From contig CAWIXE010000003.1 of assembly GCA_963840035.1 (NCBI GenBank), forward strand, positions 416,001 through 480,000: 64,000 nt of DNA, given 5' to 3'. A model generated the notes under the pieces. That model had not been told where the DNA came from. It did not search any database and worked only from the letters and a program-made list of their open reading frames with translations. A program made the position numbers and the translations under genes. Positions 1-11,538 of this stretch are shown piece after piece. Source of the stretch: a candidate division FCPU426 bacterium (GTDB taxonomy: Bacteria > Oederibacteriota > PGYV01 > Palsa-1178). The stretch's first letter is position 1. Each line of letters opens with the position of its first letter.

Positions 1-3000
1 GGTAACGCAGACAGTGACAGAGACGATAACACAGACAATGACACAGACCGTAACACAAACGGTAACGCAGACAGTGACAGAGACGATAACGCAGACAATG
101 ACGCAGACCGTAACGCAAACGGTTACGCAGACAGTGACAGAAACGATAACGCAGACAATGACGCAGACCGTAACGCAAACGGTTACGCAGACAGTGACAG
201 AAACGATAACGCAGACAATGACACAGACCGTAACGCAAACGGTGACGCAGACAGTGACAGAGACTATAACGCAGACAATGACGCAGACCGTAACGCAAAC
301 GGCGACGCAGACAGTGACAGAGACGATAACGCAGACAATGACGCAAACCGTAACGCAAACGGTTACGCAGACAGTGACAGAGACGATAACGCAGACAATG
401 ACACAGACCGTAACGCAAACGGTAACGCAGACAGTAACGCAGACAGTGACAGAGACGATAACGCAGACAATGACGCAAACCGTAACGCAAACGGTAACGC
501 AGACAGTGACAGAAACTATAACGCAGACAATGACGCAAACCGTAACGCAAACGGTTACGCAGACAGTGACAGAAACGATAACGCAGACAATGACGCAGAC
601 CGTAACACAAACGGCGACGCAGACAGTGACAGAGACTATAACGCAGACAATGACGCAGACCGTAACGCAAACGGTTACGCAGACAGTGACAGAGACGATA
701 ACGCAGACAATGACACAGACCGTAACGCAAACGGTGACGCAGACAGTGACAGAGACTATAACGCAGACAATGACGCAGACCGTAACACAAACGGCGACGC
801 AGACAGTGACAGAGACTATAACGCAGACAATGACGCAGACCGTAACGCAAACGGTTACGCAGACAGTGACAGAGACGATAACGCAGACAATGACGCAGAC
901 CGTAACGCAAACGGTTACGCAGACAGTGACAGAGACGATAACGCAGACAATGACGCAGACCGTAACGCAAACGGTTACGCAGACAGTGACAGAGACGATA
1001 ACGCAGACAATGACGCAGACCGTAACGCAAACGGTTACGCAGACAGTGACAGAAACGATAACGCAGACAATGACACAGACCGTAACGCAAACGGTGACGC
1101 AGACAGTGACAGAGACTATAACGCAGACAATGACGCAGACCGTAACGCAGACAATAACTGAGACCGCTACGCAGACGGTGACCGAGACAGCAACACAGAC
1201 CGTGACGGAGACAATAACGCAGACCGTTACACAGACAGTAACACAAACAGTGACGCAGACCGTAACTCAAACCATAACTGAGACTGTGACCCAGACTATA
1301 ACAGAGACGATAACGCAAACCGTTACGCAGACAGTTACTCAGACTATTACTGAGACTGCAACACAGACTGTTACACAGACTGCGACTCAGACTGTCACAG
1401 AGACAATAACGCAGACCATTACTCAAACAGTAACCCAGACCATAACTGAAACAATTACACAGACAGTAACAGAGACGATTACTCAGACCGTGACGCAGAC
1501 AGCAACACAGACTGTTACTGAGACTGTCACGCAGACAATTACAGAAACGATAACTCAGACAATCACCCAGACAGTAACAGAGACGATAACGCAGACCATT
1601 ACACAGACAGTAACAGAGACTGCAACGCAGACAGTAACGGAGACGATAACTCAGACCGTGACGCAGACGGTAACGCAGACTGTTACAGAGACTGCAACCC
1701 AGACAGTAACGGAGACGATAACTCAGACTGTAACACAGACGGTAACGCAGACTGTTACAGAGACGGCAACACAAACAATTACAGAAACTATAACGCAGAC
1801 CATGACACAAACGGTTACGCAGACTGTAACTGAGACTGCAACGCAGACTGTTACTGAGACAGCCACGCAAACAATCACGGAAACCATAACGCAGACCATG
1901 ACACAGACGGTAACCCAGACAGTGACAGAGACTGCAACGCAGACAGTAACAGAGACGATAACTCAGACCATAACTCAGACGGTAACGCAGACTGTTACTG
2001 AGACGGCAACGCAAACAATTACAGAAACTGCAACACAGACAGCGACTGAGACTGCGACCCAGACAGTAACAGAGACGATAACGCAGACCATGACACAGAC
2101 GGTAACCCAGACAGTGACTGAGACTGCAACGCAGACAGTAACAGAGACGATAACTCAGACCGTGACACAGACGGTAACTCAGACTGTTACTGAGACTGCT
2201 ACACAAACAATTACAGAAACGATGACTCAAACAATCACGCAAACAGTCACCCAGACTGTTACAGAGACGATAACACAGACAATTACACAGACAGTGACAG
2301 AAACTGCAACGCAGACAGTGACAGAGACTGCAACCCAGACTGTAACAGAGACTGCAACCCAGACAGTGACTGAGACCGCAACCCAGACTGTAACAGAAAC
2401 TGTGACTCAGACGGTAACTGAGACAATAACGCAAACCATTACACAGACAATTACGGAGACGATCACGCAGACTATAACAGAGACTGCAACGCAGACAGTA
2501 ACTGAAACCGCAACACAGACAGTGACAGAAACAGCAACCCAGACTGTCACTGAGACCGCTACTCAGTCAGTGACGGAAACAATAACTCAGACTGTTACGC
2601 AAACTGTAACGCAGACAGTAACAGAGACAGCTACACAGACAGCTACACAGACAGTAACAGAAACTGCAACGCAGACAGTGACTGAGACAGTGACACAGAC
2701 AATTACAGAAACGAATACACAGACAGTGACAGAGACTGCAACGCAGACAATAACTGAGACGATAACGCAGACGGTGACAGAAACAGCGACACAGACTGTG
2801 ACTCAGACGGTAACAGAAACGATAACCCAGACTATTACACAAACAGTAACACAGACGATTACGGAGACTATAACGCAGACGGTTACGGAGACTGCGACGC
2901 AGACAGTGACAGAGACTGCAACCCAGACAGTAACAGAAACAGTAACGCAGACAGTAACAGAGACGGTCACGCAGACGGTTACGGAGACAGTGACACAGAC

Positions 3001-6000
3001 TGTAACAGAGACTGCCACTGAAACTATAACGGAGACAATAACACAGACCATAACTCAGACAGTTACGCAGACAATTACGGAGACAGCGACACAGACTGTA
3101 ACGGAGACTGCGACGCAGACAGTGACAGAGACTGCAACCCAGACAGTAACAGAAACAGTAACGCAGACAGTAACAGAGACGATCACACAGACGGTTACGG
3201 AGACTGCGACGCAGACAGTGACAGAGACTGCAACCCAGACAGTAACAGAAACAGTAACGCAGACAGTTACAGAGACGATCACACAGACGGTTACGGAGAC
3301 TGCGACGCAGACAGTGACAGAGACTGCAACCCAGACAGTAACAGAAACAGTAACGCAGACAGTAACAGAGACGGTCACGCAGACGGTTACGGAGACAGCG
3401 ACACAGACAGTGACAGAGACTGCAACCCAGACAGTAACAGAAACAGTAACGCAGACAGTAACAGAGACGATCACACAGACGGTAACGGAGACTGCGACGC
3501 AGACAGTGACAGAGACTGCAACCCAGACAGTAACAGAAACAGTAACGCAGACAGTAACAGAGACGATTACGCAGACGGTTACGGAGACTGCGACCCAGAC
3601 AGTGACAGAGACTGCCACTGAAACTATAACGGAGACAATAACACAGACCATTACTCAGACAGTTACGCAGACAATTACGGAGACAGCGACACAGACTGTT
3701 ACGGAGACAGCGACACAGACAGTGACAGAGACTGCAACCCAGACAGTAACAGAAACAGTAACGCAGACAGTAACAGAGACGATCACACAGACGGTAACGG
3801 AGACTGCGACGCAGACAGTGACAGAGACTGCAACCCAGACAGTAACAGAAACAGTAACGCAGACAGTAACAGAGACGATTACGCAGACGGTTACGGAGAC
3901 TGCGACCCAGACAGTGACAGAGACTGCCACTGAAACTATAACGGAGACAATAACACAGACCATTACTCAGACAGTTACGCAGACAATTACGGAGACAGCG
4001 ACACAGACTGTAACGGAGACTGCGACGCAGACAGTGACAGAGACTGCAACCCAGACAGTAACAGAAACAGTAACGCAGACAGTAACAGAGACGATCACAC
4101 AGACGGTTACGGAGACTGCGACGCAGACAGTGACAGAGACTGCAACCCAGACAGTAACAGAAACAGTAACGCAGACAGTAACAGAGACGGTCACGCAGAC
4201 GGTTACGGAGACAGCGACACAGACAGTGACAGAGACTGCAACCCAGACAGTAACAGAAACAGTAACGCAGACAGTAACAGAGACGATCACACAGACTGTA
4301 ACGGAGACTGCGACGCAGACAGTGACAGAGACTGCAACCCAGACAGTAACAGAAACAGTAACGCAGACAGTTACAGAGACGATCACACAGACGGTTACGG
4401 AGACTGCGACGCAGACAGTGACAGAGACTGCAACTGAAACCATAACGGAAACAATGACGCAGACCATAACAGAGACAGTGACGCAGACGATAACAGAGAC
4501 AGCAACGCAAACAGTAACAGAGACTGCGACGCAGACAGTGACAGAGACTGCAACAGAAACCATAACGGAAACAGTGACGCAGACCATAACAGAGACGGTA
4601 ACGCAGACAGTTACAGAGACGATAACGCAAACAATAACAGAGACGATGACCCAAACAATTACTGAAACAGTGACCCAGACAGCAACAGAGACAGCAACGC
4701 AAACAATAACAGAGACGATGACCCAAACAATTACTGAAACAGTGACCCAGACAGCAACAGAGACGGCAACAGAGACAGTGACGCAGACGGTAACAGAGAC
4801 TGCGACGCAGACAGTGACAGAGACTGCAACAGAAACCATAACGGAAACAATTACGCAGACCATAACAGAGACGGTAACGCAGACAGTAACAGAGACGATA
4901 ACGCAGACGATTACAGAGACAGCAACGCAAACAATAACAGAGACGATGACCCAAACAATTACTGAAACAGTGACCCAGACAGCAACTGAGACAGCAACTG
5001 AGACTGCAACTGAAACTGCCACAGAGACTGCAACTGAGACTGCAACTGAAACAGCCACAGAGACTGCAACAGAGACTGCAACTGAGACTGCAACTGAAAC
5101 AGCCACAGAGACAGCAACTGAGACAGCAACTGAGACAGCAACTGAGACAGCAACTGAGACAGCAACTGAGACAGCAACTGAGACGGCAACTGAGACAGCA
5201 ACTGAGACAGCAACAGAGACGGCAACAGAGACGGCAACAGAGACCGTGACGCAGACGGCAACAGAGACTGCGACGCAGACGGTGACAGAGACTGCAACAG
5301 AAACCATAACGGAAACAATGACGCAGACCATAACAGAGACGGTAACGCAGACAGTTACAGAGACGATAACGCAAACAATAACAGAGACGATGACCCAAAC
5401 AATTACTGAAACAGTGACCCAGACAGCAACAGAGACGGCAACAGAGACAGTGACGCAGACGGTAACAGAGACTGCGACGCAGACAGTGACAGAGACTGCA
5501 ACAGAAACCATAACGGAAACAATTACGCAGACCATAACAGAGACGGTAACGCAGACAGTAACAGAGACGATAACGCAGACAGTAACAGAGACGATAACGC
5601 AGACGATTACAGAGACAGCAACTGAGACTGCAACTGAAACAGCAACAGAGACTGCAACAGAAACAGCAACAGAAACAGCAACAGAAACAGCAACAGAAAC
5701 AGCAACTGAGACAGCAACTGAGACAGCAACTGAGACAGCAACAGAGACGGCAACAGAGACGGCAACAGAGACGGCAACAGAGACGGCAACAGAGACGGCA
5801 ACAGAAACGGCAACAGAGACAGTGACGCAGACGGTAACAGAGACTGCGACGCAGACAGTGACAGAAACTGCAACAGAAACCATAACGGAAACAATGACGC
5901 AGACCATAACAGAGACGGTAACGCAGACGATTACAGAGACAGCAACGCAAACAATAACAGAGACGATGACCCAAACAATTACTGAAACAGTGACCCAGAC

Positions 6001-8800
6001 GGCAACTGAGACGGCAACTGAGACGGCAACTGAGACGGCAACTGAGACGGCAACTGAGACGGCAACTGAGACGGCAACTGAGACGGCAACTGAGACGGCA
6101 ACTGAAACAGCTACAGAGACGGCAACAGAGACCGTGACGCAGACGGTGACAGAGACTGCAACAGAAACCATAACGGAAACAATGACGCAGACCATAACAG
6201 AGACGGTAACGCAGACAGTTACAGAGACGGTAACGCAGACGATTACAGAGACAGCAACGCAAACAATAACAGAGACGATGACCCAAACAATTACTGAAAC
6301 AGTGACCCAGACAGCAACTGAGACAGTAACTGAGACTGCAACTGAAACAGCCACAGAGACTGCAACAGAGACTGCAACTGAGACTGCAACTGAAACAGCC
6401 ACAGAGACTGCAACAGAGACTGCAACTGAGACTGCAACTGAGACTGCAACTGAGACTGCAACTGAGACTGCAACTGAAACAGCCACAGAGACAGCAACTG
6501 AGACAGCAACTGAGACAGCAACAGAGACAGCAACAGAGACGGCAACAGAGACGGCAACAGAGACGGCAACAGAGACCGTGACGCAGACGGCAACAGAGAC
6601 TGCGACGCAGACGGTGACAGAGACTGCAACAGAAACCATAACGGAAACAATGACGCAGACCATAACAGAGACGGTAACTCAGACAGTTACAGAGACGATA
6701 ACGCAGACGATTACAGAGACAGCAACGCAAACAATAACAGAGACGATGACCCAAACAATTACTGAAACAGTAACCCAGACAGCAACTGAGACTGCAACTG
6801 AAACAGCCACAGAGACTGCAACTGAAACAGCCACAGAGACAGCAACTGAGACTGCAACTGAGACAGCAACTGAGACAGCAACTGAGACTGCAACTGAGAC
6901 TGCAACTGAGACTGCAACTGAGACTGCAACTGAGACTGCAACTGAGACTGCAACTGAGACTGCAACTGAGACTGCAACTGAGACAGCAACTGAGACAGCC
7001 ACAGAGACTGCAACAGAGACAGCCACAGAGACAGCCACAGAGACAGCCACAGAGACAGCCACAGAGACAGCCACAGAGACTGCAACTGAGACTGCAACAG
7101 AGACTGCAACAGAGACTGCAACAGAGACTGCAACAGAGACTGCAACAGAGACTGCAACAGAGACTGCAACAGAGACAGCAACTGAGACAGCAACTGAGAC
7201 AGCAACTGAGACAGCAACTGAGACAGCAACTGAGACAGCAACTGAGACAGCAACTGAGACAGCAACTGAGACAGCAACTGAGACAGCAACTGAGACTGTT
7301 ACGGAGACAGCGACAGAGACTGTTACGGAAACAGCAACAGAGACTGCAACAGAAACCGCCACAGAGACTGCAACTGAGACTGCGACAGAGACAGCAACTG
7401 AGACAGCAACTGAGACTGCAACTGAGACTGCAACTGAGACTGCAACAGAAACAGCAACAGAAACAGCGACAGAAACAGCGACAGAAACAGCGACAGAAAC
7501 AGCGACAGAAACAGCGACTGAGACAGCGACAGAGACAGCAACTGAGACAGCAACAGAAACAGCAACAGAAACAGCAACAGAAACAGCAACAGAAACAGCA
7601 ACTGAGACAGAGACAGAGACTGTTACGGAGACAGCAACAGAAACAGCAACTGAGACAGCGACAGAGACTGCAACGGAAACAGCGACTGAGACTGCGACAG
7701 AGACAGCAACTGAGACTGCAACGGAGACAGCTACAGAAACCGCGACTGAGACAGTCACAGAGACTGTCACAGAGACAGCAACGGAAACAGTAACTGAGAC
7801 AGCAACTGAGACTGCTACAGAGACAGCAACGGAAACAGCAACGGAAACTGCAACTGAGACTGCAACTGAGACTGCAACTGAGACTGCAACTGAGACTGCA
7901 ACTGAGACTGCAACTGAGACTGCAACTGAGACTGCAACTGAGACTGCAACTGAGACTGCAACTGAGACTGCTACAGAGACTGCTACAGAGACTGCTACAG
8001 AGACAGCAACGGAAACAGCAACTGAGACAGTCACAGAGACTGCAACGGAGACAGCTACAGAAACCGCGACTGAGACAGTCACAGAGACTGCTACAGAAAC
8101 CGCGACTGAGACAGTCACAGAGACTGCAACGGAGACAGCTACAGAAACCGCGACTGAGACAGTCACAGAGACTGCTACGGAGACTGCTACAGAAACCGCG
8201 ACTGAGACAGTCACAGAGACAGCAACGGAAACAGCAACTGAGACAGCAACTGAGACAGCCACAGAGACAGCAACGGAAACAGCAACTGAGACAGCAACTG
8301 AGACTGCTACGGAGACTGCTACAGAAACCGCGACTGAGACAGTCACAGAGACTGCAACGGAGACAGCTACAGAAACCGCGACTGAGACAGTCACAGAGAC
8401 TGCAACGGAGACAGCCACAGAAACCGCGACTGAAACAGTAACAGAAACTGCCACGGAAACCGTAACAGAGACTGCGACTGAGACTGTGTCTGAGACTGTT
8501 ACTGAAACTGCGACAGAGACAGTCTCTGAAACTATAACGGAAACCGCTACTGAAACGGCTTCTGAAACAGTGACTGAGACGGTGACTGAAACACCTACAT
8601 TTACTGCAACAGAAACTGTTACTGAAACTGTGACAGAGACTGCGACAGAAACAGCTACAGAGACTTCCACGGAAACAGCAACTGAAACAGCCACAGAGAC
8701 TGCTACAGAAACTGCGACTGAAACAGTGACGGAGACAGCCACAGAGACGGCCACAGAGACTGCCACGGAAACAGCGACTGAAACAGTAACTGAGACTGTC
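1..8800 (+). repeat. Coding tandem array of 12-nt units with 60-nt and larger higher-order repeats
   Basis: The 60-nt lines starting at 841, 901 and 961 are identical; perfect ACTGCAACTGAG runs near 6890-6980 and 7850-7970. Confidence 0.95.
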
Positions 8801-10015
8801 ACTGAAACACCTTCGGATACGGAAACAGCCAGCGCTACGGCCACACCGACCATAACGACTTCAGTATCGGCAACCAGCACTTATACAACTACCTCGTCAG
8901 CAACTAAAACCGGGACACCTACAGGCACGTCCACTGTGACCGCGACCGGAACTTTCACAAACACCAATACACCGCCGGCTACGCCTACATTTACATCAAC
9001 ACCGACATTGACCGGAACACCGTCACTTACTATGACTTCCACATGGACTAATACGGAATCTCCTACTGCTTCGCCCACAAGCAGCGTTTCGCCGACGACA
9101 TCGCCGACGCCCGAATACTACATGAAAATAGCTGTATATAACTCCGCGGGCGAGCAGGTAAAAGAGATAATTACGTCAGGCGCTTATTCCATACCGGATT
9201 CATTCAACCTGGACAAGACTACGTTCAGCCCGGATGACGGAAGCGTGGCGCAGATAAGCGTTGACCAGACGGTCGTTAGCTGGGACGGCAAGAACCAGCA
9301 GGGCAAGAATGTTGAGAACGGAATATATTACGTTAAGGTTTCCATAGTTGACGATTACGGGTTCAGCCATACGCTGATAAAGGAAGTTACTGTGTTGACA
9401 AACGGCATTATGGCCGAACTCAGGATATATAACAGCGCCGGTGAAGTCGTAAAGAGGATAGATATTGAAGGGCTTACACTCACAGGTTCCACCGTGCTTG
9501 ATGTAAATCCGAAAGCGCCTGGCGCCTTCTCGCCGGGTGACGGGGATTCAGGTGCAGCAGAAGCCATATTTACATACATGGGCCATGACATAGCATGGGA
9601 CGGCACAAATGACGGCGGAAAGATTGTCGGGAACGGCGTGTACAGGGCTGTGGTTGTCAGGACGGATAATAAAGGCTACACATCAGTCGCTGAAAATTAC
9701 CTCACCGTGCTGCATGGCAATTATGAAGTGGTCGCGAACATAAGGATAATACCTAACCCGATAGACATGAGAAAGACATCGGTAATAACCATAAAGTATG
9801 ACGCCATGAACGGGGCCGTGGTTGTCGCGAAAATATACAACCTTGCAGGAGAACTCATCAGGGAGCTCAAACCGTTTAATGGCGCGAATGAGATAGTCTG
9901 GGATATAAAGTATGATGCTACAATTTCCCAGGGGCTTTACGTGGCGGTTATTCACGCTGAAACACCGCAGGGCATGAGAAAGACGGTCGTGGCAAAGTTC
10001 ACAATAATAAAGTAA
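2..10015 (+). CDS. Giant Thr-rich repeat surface protein with C-terminal FlgD-Ig-like / T9SS-CTD-like domains (5' partial; frame is open from the window edge)
   Basis: Open frame from nt 2; ~2900 aa of T-[E/Q]-T-[A/V/I/M] repeats, an S/T/P linker, then modules with VYNSAGE..VK / WDGKN..G..V.NG.YY motifs and a final IIPNP..IYNLAGELIREL..WD..GLYV domain. Confidence 0.85.
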   Translation, partial: VTQTVTETITQTMTQTVTQTVTQTVTETITQTMTQTVTQTVTQTVTETITQTMTQTVTQTVTQTVTETITQTMTQTVTQTVTQTVTETITQTMTQTVTQTATQTVTETITQTMTQTVTQTVTQTVTETITQTMTQTVTQTVTQTVTQTVTETITQTMTQTVTQTVTQTVTETITQTMTQTVTQTVTQTVTETITQTMTQTVTQTATQTVTETITQTMTQTVTQTVTQTVTETITQTMTQTVTQTVTQTVTETITQTMTQTVTQTATQTVTETITQTMTQTVTQTVTQTVTETITQTMTQTVTQTVTQTVTETITQTMTQTVTQTVTQTVTETITQTMTQTVTQTVTQTVTETITQTMTQTVTQTVTQTVTETITQTMTQTVTQTITETATQTVTETATQTVTETITQTVTQTVTQTVTQTVTQTITETVTQTITETITQTVTQTVTQTITETATQTVTQTATQTVTETITQTITQTVTQTITETITQTVTETITQTVTQTATQTVTETVTQTITETITQTITQTVTETITQTITQTVTETATQTVTETITQTVTQTVTQTVTETATQTVTETITQTVTQTVTQTVTETATQTITETITQTMTQTVTQTVTETATQTVTETATQTITETITQTMTQTVTQTVTETATQTVTETITQTITQTVTQTVTETATQTITETATQTATETATQTVTETITQTMTQTVTQTVTETATQTVTETITQTVTQTVTQTVTETATQTITETMTQTITQTVTQTVTETITQTITQTVTETATQTVTETATQTVTETATQTVTETATQTVTETVTQTVTETITQTITQTITETITQTITETATQTVTETATQTVTETATQTVTETATQSVTETITQTVTQTVTQTVTETATQTATQTVTETATQTVTETVTQTITETNTQTVTETATQTITETITQTVTETATQTVTQTVTETITQTITQTVTQTITETITQTVTETATQTVTETATQTVTETVTQTVTETVTQTVTETVTQTVTETATETITETITQTITQTVTQTITETATQTVTETATQTVTETATQTVTETVTQTVTETITQTVTETATQTVTETATQTVTETVTQTVTETITQTVTETATQTVTETATQTVTETVTQTVTETVTQTVTETATQTVTETATQTVTETVTQTVTETITQTVTETATQTVTETATQTVTETVTQTVTETITQTVTETATQTVTETATETITETITQTITQTVTQTITETATQTVTETATQTVTETATQTVTETVTQTVTETITQTVTETATQTVTETATQTVTETVTQTVTETITQTVTETATQTVTETATETITETITQTITQTVTQTITETATQTVTETATQTVTETATQTVTETVTQTVTETITQTVTETATQTVTETATQTVTETVTQTVTETVTQTVTETATQTVTETATQTVTETVTQTVTETITQTVTETATQTVTETATQTVTETVTQTVTETITQTVTETATQTVTETATETITETMTQTITETVTQTITETATQTVTETATQTVTETATETITETVTQTITETVTQTVTETITQTITETMTQTITETVTQTATETATQTITETMTQTITETVTQTATETATETVTQTVTETATQTVTETATETITETITQTITETVTQTVTETITQTITETATQTITETMTQTITETVTQTATETATETATETATETATETATETATETATETATETATETATETATETATETATETATETATETATETATETATETATETATETATETVTQTATETATQTVTETATETITETMTQTITETVTQTVTETITQTITETMTQTITETVTQTATETATETVTQTVTETATQTVTETATETITETITQTITETVTQTVTETITQTVTETITQTITETATETATETATETATETATETATETATETATETATETATETATETATETATETATETATETATETATETVTQTVTETATQTVTETATETITETMTQTITETVTQTITETATQTITETMTQTITETVTQTATETATETATETATETATETATETATETATETATETATETATETVTQTVTETATETITETMTQTITETVTQTVTETVTQTITETATQTITETMTQTITETVTQTATETVTETATETATETATETATETATETATETATETATETATETATETATETATETATETATETATETATETATETATETATETATETVTQTATETATQTVTETATETITETMTQTITETVTQTVTETITQTITETATQTITETMTQTITETVTQTATETATETATETATETATETATETATETATETATETATETATETATETATETATETATETATETATETATETATETATETATETATETATETATETATETATETATETATETATETATETATETATETATETATETATETATETATETATETATETATETATETATETATETVTETATETVTETATETATETATETATETATETATETATETATETATETATETATETATETATETATETATETATETATETATETATETATETATETATETATETETETVTETATETATETATETATETATETATETATETATETATETATETVTETVTETATETVTETATETATETATETATETATETATETATETATETATETATETATETATETATETATETATETATETATETATETATETVTETATETATETATETVTETATETATETVTETATETATETATETVTETATETATETATETVTETATETATETATETATETATETATETATETATETATETATETVTETATETATETATETVTETATETATETATETVTETATETVTETATETVSETVTETATETVSETITETATETASETVTETVTETPTFTATETVTETVTETATETATETSTETATETATETATETATETVTETATETATETATETATETVTETVTETPSDTETASATATPTITTSVSATSTYTTTSSATKTGTPTGTSTVTATGTFTNTNTPPATPTFTSTPTLTGTPSLTMTSTWTNTESPTASPTSSVSPTTSPTPEYYMKIAVYNSAGEQVKEIITSGAYSIPDSFNLDKTTFSPDDGSVAQISVDQTVVSWDGKNQQGKNVENGIYYVKVSIVDDYGFSHTLIKEVTVLTNGIMAELRIYNSAGEVVKRIDIEGLTLTGSTVLDVNPKAPGAFSPGDGDSGAAEAIFTYMGHDIAWDGTNDGGKIVGNGVYRAVVVRTDNKGYTSVAENYLTVLHGNYEVVANIRIIPNPIDMRKTSVITIKYDAMNGAVVVAKIYNLAGELIRELKPFNGANEIVWDIKYDATISQGLYVAVIHAETPQGMRKTVVAKFTIIK

Positions 10016-10025
10016 TTTTTAAATA

Positions 10026-10058
10026 ACAAAGGGCACGGGCTTAAACCGTGCTCTTTGT
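10026..10058 (+). terminator. Probable intrinsic terminator after the giant gene
   Basis: ACAAAGGGCACGG-gcttaaa-CCGTGCTCTTTGT hairpin followed by a T-rich tail. Confidence 0.6.
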
Positions 10059-10083
10059 ATTTCCACGGGATGAGCGGAGAAAA

Positions 10084-11538
10084 ATGAAGATACTGACCGA
10101 AGGCTTTGAAAGGTATTTGCGGGATGAGTCCAATACGGAAAGCAGCGGAATAGACGCTGTGTACATTCCTGAAGGCTCCTCGGAGATTGAAGAACTTCTA
10201 AGAAAAAACGGCCGGTTTACTTTATATGCCGGAGGCACGGGCATAGCCGGTGGGGCTACATCGGACGGCGGAAGCATAATTTCCACTGAAAATCTGAAAT
10301 TTCTTCAAATAGACAGCCATTTAATGCAGGTAACAGCGGGCGCAGGCGTGCTGCTAAAGGATCTCAACGCGGAACTGGCCAAAAACGGCTTATGGTATCC
10401 TGTGGATTCCACCGAGCAGACAGCCACAGTAGGGGGCAATGCCGCGACAAACGCGTGGGGAGCCAGGAGTTACGGTTATGGCAGTATCAGAAACTTTATT
10501 AACGCGGTGCATATTATCGTACCCGGCCAGCCGCAGGTAAGGATATCCAGGGACTGCGCCGAAGCAAACGGGCTTGAATTGCCATGGAAGGTTAACATGT
10601 CAGGCGGACATGGGCTTATACTTCCCGGCGCCGGGGGTAAGAACGTATTGATGGAGGATACGGCAGCGAGGCTACCTTATAAGAATAACGCCGGTTACTT
10701 TATGAAAAAAGATATGGATTTTGTGGATATTCTGATTGGAAGCGAAGGCACGCTTGGGGTCATAACTATGGTGGAGCTTGAAGTCAAAAAAATGCCTTAT
10801 GAAATATGCGTTTTTATGATGTTTTTCAACAATCTGGATGCGGCTTTTAATCTGGTAAAAAATGTAAAGGCGGGCAGCCATAAATATCAGCCGTGTTCGC
10901 TTGAAATCATGGATGGCGAATCTTTAAAACTGCTCAGGGAAAAAGGAAAGAATATAGGGCAGGCTGGCGCTGCGGTTTTTATGGAGTATGAGGCTGGCAG
11001 CGAAAAAGAAGAAATGGAAATAAATGACGCGGTATATGCAATAGCCTCAGGAGCGGGGATTGATCCTGATGACGTTATGGTTTCCAGCACAAAAGAAAAG
11101 AAAAATTATATATATGATATCCGGGAGTCCCTGCCACAGGCGGTAAATGAGCATATACGGGCGAGGAGCCTTCGCAAAGTGTCCACTGATTTTGCCGTAA
11201 ATGACGATAAGTTTGACTCTATGACAGACCTTTACAGGGTTTTCAGGGAAAAATCGGCCATGCGGAGCGTCATGTTCGGGCACGCAGGGGATAATAACCT
11301 GCACATCAACTTTCTTCCTGAAAATCCGGCGGAATATGAAAAAGCGCGTGAACTTTATGATGAAATGGCGGCGGCAATAGGCTTAATGGGCGGGACCGTG
11401 GCAGCGGAGCACGGCGTCGGTAAAATGAAAAAGGCATACTTAAAATACATGTATAAAGAATCAACCATGGATGTTATGAGGAATATTAAAAAGGCCTTTG
11501 ACCCGGATAATAAGCTTAATAGGGGAAACATACTATAA
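10084..11538 (+). CDS. FAD-binding oxidoreductase, GlcD/D-2-hydroxyacid dehydrogenase family
   Basis: GGTGIAGGA, ATVGGNAATNAWG, GSEGTLGVIT, GHAGDNNLH and AEHGVGK motifs; ATG 10084 follows GGAG. Confidence 0.85.
   Translation: MKILTEGFERYLRDESNTESSGIDAVYIPEGSSEIEELLRKNGRFTLYAGGTGIAGGATSDGGSIISTENLKFLQIDSHLMQVTAGAGVLLKDLNAELAKNGLWYPVDSTEQTATVGGNAATNAWGARSYGYGSIRNFINAVHIIVPGQPQVRISRDCAEANGLELPWKVNMSGGHGLILPGAGGKNVLMEDTAARLPYKNNAGYFMKKDMDFVDILIGSEGTLGVITMVELEVKKMPYEICVFMMFFNNLDAAFNLVKNVKAGSHKYQPCSLEIMDGESLKLLREKGKNIGQAGAAVFMEYEAGSEKEEMEINDAVYAIASGAGIDPDDVMVSSTKEKKNYIYDIRESLPQAVNEHIRARSLRKVSTDFAVNDDKFDSMTDLYRVFREKSAMRSVMFGHAGDNNLHINFLPENPAEYEKARELYDEMAAAIGLMGGTVAAEHGVGKMKKAYLKYMYKESTMDVMRNIKKAFDPDNKLNRGNIL

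Noticed and set aside
1..1140. Regular 60-nt periodicity resembling a CRISPR array
   Set aside because: Units are contiguous in-frame coding repeats with no unique spacers, and no cas genes are present.
2567..8880. Long minus-strand ORFs (1395 aa Cys-rich, 898 and 733 aa Val/Ser-rich, LLSQ-rich)
   Set aside because: Antisense shadows of the 12-nt coding repeat, which lacks stops in those frames; no RBS or domain content.
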